Origin: a virus | Taxonomy: Duplodnaviria > Caudoviricetes | Length of the DNA: 64,000 nucleotides | IMG/VR virus record: IMGVR_UViG_3300028392_002123 | Strand: one strand, 5' to 3' | Shown: positions 8,902-17,471 of the stretch, one piece after another | How the letters are laid out: each line of letters begins with the position of its first letter | How positions within the stretch are numbered: position 1 is the first letter of the stretch | Notes under the pieces: generated by a model | Databases searched by the model: none | What the model saw: the letters and a program-made list of their open reading frames with translations, nothing else | Told to the model about the DNA's origin: nothing | Program-made: the position numbers and the translations under genes

Positions 8902-8993
8902 TTTTTGGGTATTTAATAAGTTAGTATACACTAACTTAAAATAGCCTGAATTTCTGGGATTTTTGTCAATTTTTGATGAATTTTGACAGTGAC

Positions 8994-9011
8994 AAAAGGG
9001 GCTAGGCCCCT
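8994..9011 (-). terminator. Intrinsic terminator
   Basis: AGGGGC-CTA-GCCCCT followed by TTT on the minus strand. Confidence 0.65.
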
Positions 9012-9032
9012 GTTGTCGTTTACCCTGTCTAA

Positions 9033-9284
9033 TTACTTAGATGCGGCAACAACGTCTTCTGCAGACGTTTCAACTGACTCGGGGAGTACAAACAAATTAG
9101 TTGCACGAACATGGGCAAGAGCCGCGTCCTTGGTCATAGCTTCAGGAAGCTCATACAAGTCCACATCAGTGTGACCATTTTTGATCAACACTTTAACGCG
9201 GGTCATATCGTTTGCGAAACGAACTTTAACCTTGCCATTAAGGTTAGATTTACCGATAACTTTAAAAAGTTTAGAAGTAGCCAT
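9033..9284 (-). CDS. Small early hypothetical protein
   Basis: 83 aa, SD GAGG, own promoter and terminator. Confidence 0.75.
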   Translation of the reverse strand: MATSKLFKVIGKSNLNGKVKVRFANDMTRVKVLIKNGHTDVDLYELPEAMTKDAALAHVRATNLFVLPESVETSAEDVVAASK

Positions 9285-9337
9285 TTTACATTTTCCTCTG
9301 TGTGTGTAAAAATTGTACAGAACGTCTGTACACCGTT

Positions 9338-9366
9338 ATTGTAGCAAATTCAATCATTTGTGTCAA
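9338..9366 (-). promoter_or_regulatory. sigma70 early promoter
   Basis: TTGACA-N17-TACAAT. Confidence 0.8.
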
Positions 9367-9517
9367 TATCTTTTTTACCAAATTTTTCCAATTTTTTACG
9401 ATTGTACAATTTGGCACTAGGCACTGACTGACTACGGAATTCGCCACTATGGAACAAGAAATCAGCACGGCGCTTGGTGCGTGGCACTTTAACGATGAGC
9501 TTGTTTACTTGTTTCAT
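9350..9517 (-). CDS. 55-aa basic peptide, ArfA-like (absent from the ORF track)
   Basis: MKQVNKLIVKVPRTKRRADFLFHSGEFRSQSVPSAKLYNRKKLEKFGKKDIDTND, directly downstream of a promoter. Confidence 0.6.
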   Translation of the reverse strand: MKQVNKLIVKVPRTKRRADFLFHSGEFRSQSVPSAKLYNRKKLEKFGKKDIDTND

Positions 9518-9538
9518 ATTCTTTTTCCAATAAATGCT

Positions 9539-9568
9539 ATTATAGCATTATTTGGTATTTATTGTCAA
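9539..9568 (-). promoter_or_regulatory. sigma70 early promoter
   Basis: TTGACA-N18-TATAAT. Confidence 0.8.
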
Positions 9569-9798
9569 TCAAAATCTTTCTTATTGCCGTTGGCTTCGTT
9601 GTCTCGATAGCCTGCGGTGTATGCTAGAATTTCTTGGACACTCATATCCACCAACTCGATGCGAGTGCTGTTATAACTGTCGCCGGTAAAATAGTGTGGA
9701 TTATATTCACGACCATAGTAGCTGTCTGCTTGGCCGCGATCGTATGGACCACCATGACGTTCATTGTAGTAAACTGATTGTAATTGTTCTACCAACAT
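9565..9798 (-). CDS. Small early hypothetical protein
   Basis: MLVEQ...RHGGPYDRGQADSYYGR...; start reassigned to 9798 (SD AAGGA, downstream of promoter). Confidence 0.75.
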   Translation of the reverse strand: MLVEQLQSVYYNERHGGPYDRGQADSYYGREYNPHYFTGDSYNSTRIELVDMSVQEILAYTAGYRDNEANGNKKDFD

Positions 9799-9823
9799 AT
9801 CTGTTCCTTGTTTTGATATATGT

Positions 9824-9852
9824 ATTATACTGCCAAAACCAATTTCAGTCAA
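9824..9852 (-). promoter_or_regulatory. sigma70 early promoter
   Basis: TTGACT-N17-TATAAT. Confidence 0.88.
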
Positions 9853-10019
9853 TTATTGGTGAATTCCAACTCTGCCAGGGCTTCTTCAAGAGATTCAAAC
9901 CCCGCGGCATCATATGAGCCATCATAAAGTTTAACATAGAAACGGCCGTTGCCAGGACTGGCTTCTGTGTCAATGCCAACTTCACCGACATCTTTGATAA
10001 TCTTAATAGCAAAGTCCAT
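9849..10019 (-). CDS. 56-aa hypothetical protein (absent from the ORF track)
   Basis: MDFAIKIIKDVGEVGIDTEASPGNGRFYVKLYDGSYDAAGFESLEEALAELEFTNN with SD AAGGAG. Confidence 0.7.
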   Translation of the reverse strand: MDFAIKIIKDVGEVGIDTEASPGNGRFYVKLYDGSYDAAGFESLEEALAELEFTNN

Positions 10020-10028
10020 GACAGCTCC

Positions 10029-10226
10029 TTAGACGTTTGACATTTTCATTATGATAGCCAACTCATCATTCTCCACATAGAAGTCTGTGGTCGGATCGTA
10101 GTAGGCACCTTCTTTTGGATCGTAGTAAAGAACTCGACCATCGTAGTTGAAAGGACCTTCCAAGCCTTTGCGGGCAGTATATTTTTCACGCATATTGTCC
10201 ACAGAATTCATAACACGATAACCCAT
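10029..10226 (-). CDS. Small Tyr-rich hypothetical protein
   Basis: SD AGGAG; YYDPKEGAYYDPTTDFY repeat. Confidence 0.7.
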   Translation of the reverse strand: MGYRVMNSVDNMREKYTARKGLEGPFNYDGRVLYYDPKEGAYYDPTTDFYVENDELAIIMKMSNV

Positions 10227-10252
10227 TGCCAACTCCTTGTTTCTAAGTATTA

Positions 10253-10281
10253 ATTATAACACCAAAACCAATTTCAGTCAA
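10253..10281 (-). promoter_or_regulatory. sigma70 early promoter
   Basis: TTGACT-N17-TATAAT. Confidence 0.88.
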
Positions 10282-10514
10282 TTATTGGCAAATTTTCCAT
10301 GCTGGAAGAATTTCCACATGCACCAAGTAGAATTATCCATTCCCATTAGAATACCTTCATAGTCAAGGTATGAACAATGTGCCCATTCAGATACTCGCAC
10401 ACCACGCCAATCTACTTCTTTGTTATGGCGAGTAACCTGTGACTTGGCTACGGATTCAGTTTTGTAATACCGTTCTCCTCGGCCGGTTTCTTTGTTATAA
10501 ACTATCCAACCCAT
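10278..10514 (-). CDS. Small hypothetical protein
   Basis: 78 aa ORF, coupled to the upstream gene. Confidence 0.65.
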   Translation of the reverse strand: MGWIVYNKETGRGERYYKTESVAKSQVTRHNKEVDWRGVRVSEWAHCSYLDYEGILMGMDNSTWCMWKFFQHGKFANN

Positions 10515-10515
10515 A

Positions 10516-10782
10516 TCAAACCCTATAAGAGTTATAACTACGAATCTTGCTTCGTTTGTTGGTATAACTTTCTTGAAATTTAATCTTAAAACCTTGAGCC
10601 TGTAAAGTGTTAATCAGTGTGGACAAATCACAGTCTTCTTCCAAAAAGGCATTAGCACCATTTTGATAACTGTAAGGAGTGATCTTGTCAGCAATACCAA
10701 GTTTAACCAAGCGAGCTTTAGGGAAACGGGCCCAAGCATGACCAGAGTCGCCGAATACTTTAATTTTGATTTCTTTGGACAT
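10516..10782 (-). CDS. Small hypothetical protein
   Basis: 88 aa, SD AGGAG, own promoter; DSGHAW...YLEEDCD-type motif (here FLEEDCD). Confidence 0.75.
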   Translation of the reverse strand: MSKEIKIKVFGDSGHAWARFPKARLVKLGIADKITPYSYQNGANAFLEEDCDLSTLINTLQAQGFKIKFQESYTNKRSKIRSYNSYRV

Positions 10783-10813
10783 ATCAACTCCTGTTTTGTT
10801 ACACTATGCCATT

Positions 10814-10842
10814 ATTATAGCGCAGGAGTGAATTTCTGTCAA
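10814..10842 (-). promoter_or_regulatory. Consensus sigma70 early promoter
   Basis: TTGACA-N17-TATAAT. Confidence 0.9.
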
Positions 10843-10877
10843 ATTTTGGTGATTATTGGAAAAGTAATACTTTGGTT

Positions 10878-11183
10878 TTAAGCAACATTCCAGCCAACAT
10901 CTTGCTCGTATTCGATGCTTTCATTGCCGTCGTATTCGTTGATTCTGAAACGAGTTCCTTCTGGCATCCATTCGATTTCTAAGTCTTCAACTCCACCGCA
11001 GTATGTGTCGGGGTACATTTCTTCAACGTAACTAATAATCAATTCTTTCTCGCCGGTTTCAACATAGTGAACTATTCTAGGATCATAGACCAAGTCAATG
11101 TTGTTGTGCCAACTAAACCAGCCGGCGCCATATCCAGGACTATAAAGTACTGCTACTTTTCCATCTCGTATTACTTTATCCAA
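10878..11183 (-). CDS. Hypothetical phage protein
   Basis: KVAVLYSPGYGAGWFSW motif; probable TTG start at 11183 after SD GGAGG. Confidence 0.7.
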   Translation of the reverse strand: MDKVIRDGKVAVLYSPGYGAGWFSWHNNIDLVYDPRIVHYVETGEKELIISYVEEMYPDTYCGGVEDLEIEWMPEGTRFRINEYDGNESIEYEQDVGWNVA

Positions 11184-11637
11184 GAGTTGTATCCTCCATA
11201 CCTGCAACACGCAATTTGGTAATGTTGTTGATTTGAAATTGTTTACTATCTACTGCTTTCATGAGACCCAGGAATTTGTTTCTTATCATGGCAAACTCAT
11301 TGATTAATAATTGCCACTGTACAACTTCGGCATCACCGTCTACATATTTTTCAGCGTCTCTACTAGTCAACGCTCTATTATAATTTTCAGTGTACTTTCG
11401 AAATACTTCACTACGTTTTTTACGCAATTGAATATTGAGCCACTCTAAGGTGGCTTCAATTTCTTGTAGCTGATTAAACCTATGTTCAACTACGCCTGGC
11501 ATAAGGCGGCTATTCATTTCTAGATTGCCCTTAAGGCTTACTTCCTTTCGGGCTTCTAGTAATTGCTGTTCATACCAAACGATTGAATCAGGTAACCTGG
11601 ACAAGTCTGCTGTGACAATCCTGTACCAATCGCTCAT
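11176..11637 (-). CDS. uvsY: UvsY-like recombination mediator
   Basis: Helical 153 aa protein with YVDGD...KFLGLMKAVDSKQFQINNITKLRVAG; lies next to uvsX. Confidence 0.7.
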   Translation of the reverse strand: MSDWYRIVTADLSRLPDSIVWYEQQLLEARKEVSLKGNLEMNSRLMPGVVEHRFNQLQEIEATLEWLNIQLRKKRSEVFRKYTENYNRALTSRDAEKYVDGDAEVVQWQLLINEFAMIRNKFLGLMKAVDSKQFQINNITKLRVAGMEDTTLG

Positions 11638-11900
11638 TCGTCGTAGTCGCTGTCGTAGTTATCTTCACTGTAATCATCTTCATCGTCGACAATATCGTCG
11701 ACAACATACAAATCTTTGATCACAGCATCTAATACACTATCATTGCCTAATAGTTCTTCGCTGACACTATCCATCTCATAATGATTTTCCAGTGTGCGTA
11801 GCAAAGTACTAGCGGCTTCATAGCGTTCTTTTTTGTCAACATAGGTCTTAATACTAGACCATACATCAACAATAAGATTTACTTCATCATCATGCAACAT
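11634..11900 (-). CDS. Acidic hypothetical protein
   Basis: 88 aa with Asp/Glu tail, overlapping both neighbours. Confidence 0.7.
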   Translation of the reverse strand: MLHDDEVNLIVDVWSSIKTYVDKKERYEAASTLLRTLENHYEMDSVSEELLGNDSVLDAVIKDLYVVDDIVDDEDDYSEDNYDSDYDE

Positions 11901-12957
11901 CTACACTCTCCTCAACTTCGGTTGCTGTATTTACATCTGCTGTCAAATCTCTCAGCATGATGTCTGCCATAACTTTGTCCAACAGTTCGTTGGTCCATCC
12001 TTTACGCATGGCCTTCATAATTTCGCCGTCTTTGGTTGTATAAATGTAACTGTTACCTTCACGTTTCAACGATCCACGTTCTTCTAACAAGTCAAATAAG
12101 CCGCTATAAGGACTCATACCTGTTGCATAAGGAATCTGTACATGAACTGATTCAAAAGGTTTAGCATACCGAGTTTTCATAATTTTACAACTAGCACGAA
12201 TACCGTTAACTGTTGTAGTCTTGTTACCTTCTTCGTCAAGTTTAAGTTTTAACTTACGCATAGCAACAACAATACTACTTGCATAGATAAAGCCCTGGCC
12301 ACCGCTGATCTTGTCGTCTGGATCAAACATGTCTTGACTTGCATAAGTGTGATTTGTACAAACCATACCAATGTTTAAGTTACCAAACATGTTAACACAA
12401 TTACGAACTAGTGCTGTAAGTGCTTTAGGCTTACGGCCCATGTCACCTTTTAAGTCTCCTGCTTCAAACTGATTAACGTCTGTGGGAGTTAACAACATAC
12501 CCAAACTATCTACGATAAACAAGACCTTAGGACGATCGTCTTCGTTCATTGCTCGGTAGTCCGAGACAAACTTTGTAATAGTCTTGGCCACATCATCAAT
12601 CATGGCCATGTTTAGTTTAAGCAATTTGTCTTGGCTAGTATCAACACCCAAGGCGTGTAGCCACGCTTCGTCCAGTGCGTTTTCTGTGTCAATGAGCACA
12701 ACATAAATGCCCTGTTCCTGTGCATGACGAACTAGGTTGCCCGAGCAGATATAACTTTTGCCTGCGCCAGATTCTCCAGCAAACACAGTGACCTTGCCCA
12801 TGGGTACGCCTTTGAAAAAGTCGCCGCTGATCAAATAGTTTAGTGTATAGTTGCCTGTTGAGATCCAGTCTGTGGGATCGTTAAAACCAATACTAAGGCC
12901 TTCAATGCTCTTAGTGATTTCTTTTCTAAATTTACTTACGTCAAATGGTTTTGTCAT
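11890..12957 (-). CDS. uvsX: RecA/UvsX recombinase
   Basis: GESGAGKS Walker A, IDTENALD, IVDSLG Walker B, TNHTY, SGGQGFIYASS. Confidence 0.95.
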   Translation of the reverse strand: MTKPFDVSKFRKEITKSIEGLSIGFNDPTDWISTGNYTLNYLISGDFFKGVPMGKVTVFAGESGAGKSYICSGNLVRHAQEQGIYVVLIDTENALDEAWLHALGVDTSQDKLLKLNMAMIDDVAKTITKFVSDYRAMNEDDRPKVLFIVDSLGMLLTPTDVNQFEAGDLKGDMGRKPKALTALVRNCVNMFGNLNIGMVCTNHTYASQDMFDPDDKISGGQGFIYASSIVVAMRKLKLKLDEEGNKTTTVNGIRASCKIMKTRYAKPFESVHVQIPYATGMSPYSGLFDLLEERGSLKREGNSYIYTTKDGEIMKAMRKGWTNELLDKVMADIMLRDLTADVNTATEVEESVDVA

Positions 12958-12967
12958 TGTATATCCT

Positions 12968-13180
12968 TTAAACGTCTAAGTCCATCTCGCCGGCTTCCTT
13001 GACTAATGCAAGGACTTCATCTAGTGTATTGCACAAGATTTTAGCGTTGACATAGTCGCCTTTTTTATTGCGACCACCTGCTTCTACCATAAAGCCGTTG
13101 TCATAGCGATTGATAGTGAATGATTCATTTACTTTTGTTAACTTGTCACCAAGTTTGTTTACTTGTTTAGCTGTTGCCAT
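12968..13180 (-). CDS. Small hypothetical protein
   Basis: 70 aa ORF in the operon. Confidence 0.7.
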   Translation of the reverse strand: MATAKQVNKLGDKLTKVNESFTINRYDNGFMVEAGGRNKKGDYVNAKILCNTLDEVLALVKEAGEMDLDV

Positions 13181-13436
13181 GTTGTTCTTCCTTTTGTTCT
13201 ATTTTATATACTTCCAGCATCCTTGTCAATGGTTCCATTCGTTCTTGAAAAACTTCAGGCGAACCATCTGCGGCACGTTTCATATCCCAATCAGATGGAA
13301 AGTGCCTACCAATGCTATAGGCTTCACGCCTAACTGCCTTGGAGATTCTAGGATACTTTTTAGTATCATGAGCAAGTTCTTGTAAAAACTTTCCTGCCCA
13401 TATTACAGCACGATATCTTTCGTCTGGTAGTGTCAT
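13167..13436 (-). CDS. Small hypothetical protein
   Basis: MTLPDERYRAV...RHFP; start reassigned to 13436. Confidence 0.7.
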   Translation of the reverse strand: MTLPDERYRAVIWAGKFLQELAHDTKKYPRISKAVRREAYSIGRHFPSDWDMKRAADGSPEVFQERMEPLTRMLEVYKIEQKEEQHGNS

Positions 13437-13479
13437 TGGATATTCCCTACTTTTTGATAATAATCTTTTTTTAAGCATA

Positions 13480-13533
13480 GAAAACTTGGGCGTACAATAA
13501 CCATTGACCGGTTAATTATTGCAGAGGCCCAAG
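13480..13533 (-). terminator. Long hairpin/terminator after the SSB gene
   Basis: CTTGGGC...CAATAA...TTATTG...GCCCAAG followed by TTT on the minus strand. Confidence 0.5.
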
Positions 13534-13539
13534 CCTTGT

Positions 13540-14523
13540 TTATTGCTTGCGATTGCGAATCATTGAAAGAATGTCTTCAACATTCTTTTTCGGAGCAGGA
13601 GTGCTACCGCCATCAAATGGTGACTCATCATCTTCTGCAACCACAGTAGGTTTGGCCGCTGGAGCAGAACGACTTACCACTGGAGCAGGAGTATCGTCGC
13701 TGTCAGCAGTAGGTGCAGTATTGTTACCAAAACTTACACCTGCTGGTTTGAAGTATTGACCCCAGCGTTGTGGGTCATATAGTTCTCCGTCTACACTGGC
13801 CTTAAACATATCATAAATGACATCAACTTCTTCTTTAGTTGGTTTCTTAGGCATAAAGTCATTCAAATTAAACAAACCAAATTGTTCAATTGATGCACGT
13901 TCAACTTCATTCAAACCACGTTCGCGACGTGCAAAGTTAGAAGTTGTGTAGTCTGCGTACTGACCTTTTGTAGTCTTTGTTAGTCGGAAGTCTGTGCCGT
14001 TTTCAATGTCAGTGAATAGGCTTTCCATTTCTGGATCCATCAATGCCGCTTTAACAATGTTAAAGATGCTGGGATTCAAGATGAATCGACGAATTGGATT
14101 TTCCGGAGTGTTTTCTTCTTGGAGCTTGGTATCAATTACAAAGCCTTGGAAAATATAAGATTTCTTTTTCCAGTATTTGCGACCTAGGTCTTCCAAAGAT
14201 TTGTCTTTGAACCAAGGACGAATTTCTGCGTGGATAGGACAAGTTTCTTTCCACATTTCCATGCAAGGGACTGTAACAGTTACACGTTTGCTTTCATCGC
14301 CGCCTTTAACGCCGGCAAATTCCAAGCGAATCATTTGGCGTTCACGCCATGGGAAAGTGTTTGTGTCGTCTGCGTCTGGAAGGAAACGAAGAGTTGTTGT
14401 TGAATTTTCTGGGATATTCCAGAATGGGAAGATAGCGTTGTCGCCGCCACCTTGTTTGTTACCGCTGGTACGGTTATCTTGCTCAAGTAGTCTTGCGCGA
14501 ATTTCTGCTAATGTTGTAGCCAT
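13540..14523 (-). CDS. gp32: Single-stranded DNA-binding protein (gp32-like)
   Basis: LRFLPD, CPIH, YWKKKSY, GTDFRL, YADY..S.F, acidic C-terminal tail. Confidence 0.88.
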   Translation of the reverse strand: MATTLAEIRARLLEQDNRTSGNKQGGGDNAIFPFWNIPENSTTTLRFLPDADDTNTFPWRERQMIRLEFAGVKGGDESKRVTVTVPCMEMWKETCPIHAEIRPWFKDKSLEDLGRKYWKKKSYIFQGFVIDTKLQEENTPENPIRRFILNPSIFNIVKAALMDPEMESLFTDIENGTDFRLTKTTKGQYADYTTSNFARRERGLNEVERASIEQFGLFNLNDFMPKKPTKEEVDVIYDMFKASVDGELYDPQRWGQYFKPAGVSFGNNTAPTADSDDTPAPVVSRSAPAAKPTVVAEDDESPFDGGSTPAPKKNVEDILSMIRNRKQ

Positions 14524-14653
14524 AGTTTTTTCCTTTAAAAAATGCCAGGGTTTAACCAATTTAGTTGCCTGGAACACTAGATACTCTCATCTAGTGAACG
14601 TAGTATAACAGACTATTGCCTGCTACACAAGTATTTATTTTGCCAATCAGTTT

Positions 14654-15916
14654 TTATTGTAAGACTTGTTTTACCGAATATTTATTGAACGCCGATTCCA
14701 AAATTTTGGTTGAAGATAAACTTGCCATTACACTCTTCAAACTAGCTTCGGCAACTGCGGCCTTACCAATAATGCTTCTAGTTAGGTTTTCTACTTGACT
14801 AGCATCTAATAGACCTTCCTGAACATATTGGTTAACTGCGGTGATGTTGTTTTTCAACTCTTCATCTTCCAACACTGGCAATACCATGTTGATTAATTCG
14901 GTGGTACTTACTGTTGGACTTTCATAGACCATAACGTCTAACAATTCTGTGTCTGGTAACGAACTAACTGCAATACTTTCTGCCATTTCGACTCGTTGTT
15001 GCAATGTGTTAAAACTTTCTTGAGCGGCTTGACGCTGATTGTATGCCTTGATGTAACCACCTAATTTAGGCAATATATCTTGTATGCTTTCATCAAATAC
15101 ATTCTTTGTCAAACGTTCTTTTAGTGATTCAACTTCCGAAGCGTCATCTTCATAAACATCTTTACGTAGCGTATCTGGATTGTATCTGTTTAACACAGAT
15201 TTGATTTCATCTAAACGATTCTTAACCACAGATCCAATATCGCCTGCTTGTTCTTGTAGGCCGTTGCTTTTGATATAACTAGCAACTTTTAACAAGCGTT
15301 CGCGTTCTTCGCTCAAACTAACAATTTTACTGCCTAGTTCATCGTAGGGAGTTCCGCCTTCTGCCACGTGCTGTGTCATTGTGCGAGCGGCTAGTAGATG
15401 TTTAAAAGGATATTTAAAACGTTCACCTTGACTGTTTTCAATAAACAAGGCCTTGATATGGCGACTACGACTACCACGAATTTCTTCGTTAACTGGGGTA
15501 TTGTGTCGTATAATTAATTTTGCACCTTCTGTTTGCTGATAGCTAGTTTTTACACTACCCATTGCGGCACTCAAAGATTCTGCCATTAAATTTTTTGGCT
15601 CAATGTCCTTATTACTGTAAGGCATAACATCCACTCCTAAAATATATTTTTTTGCTATTCCGTTATCTCTGTCCTTTAAAGTATTAACAAATTTATCAAC
15701 TAAACCCTTATTAGAACTGGGACCAAATTTAACCTGAATAGTATTAGCTTCTTCATCTATAGAAACCAACATTTTATTATTTTTACTATAAAATTTTCTA
15801 CCATCTTCTGCGTTCAAAGTGCGCTTTCCGGTGTCGTCAAAAACCTGTAGATTATTACCAGTTCCTACTAACTGATTGAAAAGCTCGCCCGCAACTGTAT
15901 TGTAATTTATAGCCAT
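14654..15916 (-). CDS. Late hypothetical protein, probably a virion component
   Basis: Late motif GTAAATA 4 nt before ATG 15916; ~420 aa. Confidence 0.7.
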   Translation of the reverse strand: MAINYNTVAGELFNQLVGTGNNLQVFDDTGKRTLNAEDGRKFYSKNNKMLVSIDEEANTIQVKFGPSSNKGLVDKFVNTLKDRDNGIAKKYILGVDVMPYSNKDIEPKNLMAESLSAAMGSVKTSYQQTEGAKLIIRHNTPVNEEIRGSRSRHIKALFIENSQGERFKYPFKHLLAARTMTQHVAEGGTPYDELGSKIVSLSEERERLLKVASYIKSNGLQEQAGDIGSVVKNRLDEIKSVLNRYNPDTLRKDVYEDDASEVESLKERLTKNVFDESIQDILPKLGGYIKAYNQRQAAQESFNTLQQRVEMAESIAVSSLPDTELLDVMVYESPTVSTTELINMVLPVLEDEELKNNITAVNQYVQEGLLDASQVENLTRSIIGKAAVAEASLKSVMASLSSTKILESAFNKYSVKQVLQ

Positions 15917-15938
15917 ACTGTATTTACCAATTTTAGTC

Positions 15939-17471
15939 TTATAATACCCCGATAGGCATGGGGGTAATGAAGTCATCACTGCTTCTTTCTACCAAATAAT
16001 TCCATGTTGCTTCATCATAGCGCATTAAATGCTCTACAATTCTAACGCATAATATTGTTGCCATAACTAGATCGTCTGTTTCGCCTTCCTTGGCAGCAAA
16101 GCTAGGGCCTTTGGCAACAAAAGTTTTTATTTCGGAGATCAAATTTTTACTATAAAGCTTCATTTTATCTGATTCTATGTAATATTTCAACTTGGTACAA
16201 GCTGATAATTTACTCTTGTGTCCGGTGTTAAATCCCTTGCGACTTTTACCAGGTTCGCTTAAAAAGAATCCGGGTATTCTATCTTCGCCATATTCGCTGA
16301 TAGCAACCAATGCGGCTTCGCCAATGGTATTGTTTTCCACGCTCCAATACAGCTTATCGTTTTCAACGCCTGCATCCTTCATCCATTCTGCCATGGCTAT
16401 TAAATTTCTTAGTTGGCCGCGAATGTCTGTTTTATTATGTTGCCACTCTGCTAGTTGTTCAAACTCGGGTAAACTAAAAATTTGAATGGCCGCAAAATCT
16501 CCGCCTGTGCCTAGGCTAGGATCCCATGCCATAACATAAGTTTTTGTTTTATCAATGTCTTTGTATACACGCACCTGTCCTATGCGAGTTATAGGATCAA
16601 TGCCCATTATGTGCTGTAGCTTTAGACTGTTGACCAAGGTTTCGTCAGCAGTAATAAACTTACATTCGTGTTCTCGAAGGAAGCGATCCTCGCCTATCTT
16701 GTTACGTTCTTGATATGCCCAGGTTTCATCTCTGTCAGGATGATCACTCCAAATATACGAAATACTAGCAAAGCCATTGCGTCCTGTTTGTGTTGGGTTA
16801 CCAAACTCGTCTATATTTTTAACTGCTTCATTCCAAATCTGTGCGAACTGATCGTTGTCTTGGTTAGGTGTACTTGTGATAATACATTTACCACCTGTAC
16901 TCAATGTTGGGCTTAGTGCTGTCCAGAATTCTTTGGCGATGCGTGGCGGAACGAACGCAAACTCGTCTAAGTATACCAGTGTAATACTCATACCACGACC
17001 AGTATTTTCTGTTGTTGTAGCACTGACAATGCGACTGCCGTTGTCAAAGTCGATACTGCCCTTGTTATAACTTACTGCGCCAGCTTTGATCCATTCGGGT
17101 AAACTTTCATACATGAAACGCACACGTTGCATAATTTCCTGTGCGCCTGTGTATTTGTGTGCGGCAATAAGAATAGTTGAATCTGGTACAAACATTGCGT
17201 ACCATAACAAGTATCCTGCGGCACAGGTTGATTTACCCATTTGTCTACCCAGCATGTTAATGCTAAAGCGATTATTTTGATAACAGTTAATCAGATCAAT
17301 TTGATACTCATAGAGTTCAAATTTAACACGACCTTTTATAGGGTGCTGAATCCACATATACTCTCTAATAAAGTATATAGGATCAGTAGCGGATTTTACA
17401 ATCTCCGCTATCTGATTTTCTGTATAATTTTCTTTCTTGTAAGGTGATTTTACAAGTACAGTTTCACTCAT
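15939..17471 (-). CDS. gp17: Terminase large subunit
   Basis: RQMGKST Walker A, YLDEFAFV Walker B, ITSTPN, WDPSLG and DDLVMA nuclease acidic residues. Confidence 0.95.
   Translation of the reverse strand: MSETVLVKSPYKKENYTENQIAEIVKSATDPIYFIREYMWIQHPIKGRVKFELYEYQIDLINCYQNNRFSINMLGRQMGKSTCAAGYLLWYAMFVPDSTILIAAHKYTGAQEIMQRVRFMYESLPEWIKAGAVSYNKGSIDFDNGSRIVSATTTENTGRGMSITLVYLDEFAFVPPRIAKEFWTALSPTLSTGGKCIITSTPNQDNDQFAQIWNEAVKNIDEFGNPTQTGRNGFASISYIWSDHPDRDETWAYQERNKIGEDRFLREHECKFITADETLVNSLKLQHIMGIDPITRIGQVRVYKDIDKTKTYVMAWDPSLGTGGDFAAIQIFSLPEFEQLAEWQHNKTDIRGQLRNLIAMAEWMKDAGVENDKLYWSVENNTIGEAALVAISEYGEDRIPGFFLSEPGKSRKGFNTGHKSKLSACTKLKYYIESDKMKLYSKNLISEIKTFVAKGPSFAAKEGETDDLVMATILCVRIVEHLMRYDEATWNYLVERSSDDFITPMPIGVL

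Noticed and set aside
8941-8969. Third promoter upstream of the AAA ATPase
   Set aside because: TTGACA is present but there is no acceptable -10 box at 16-18 nt spacing.
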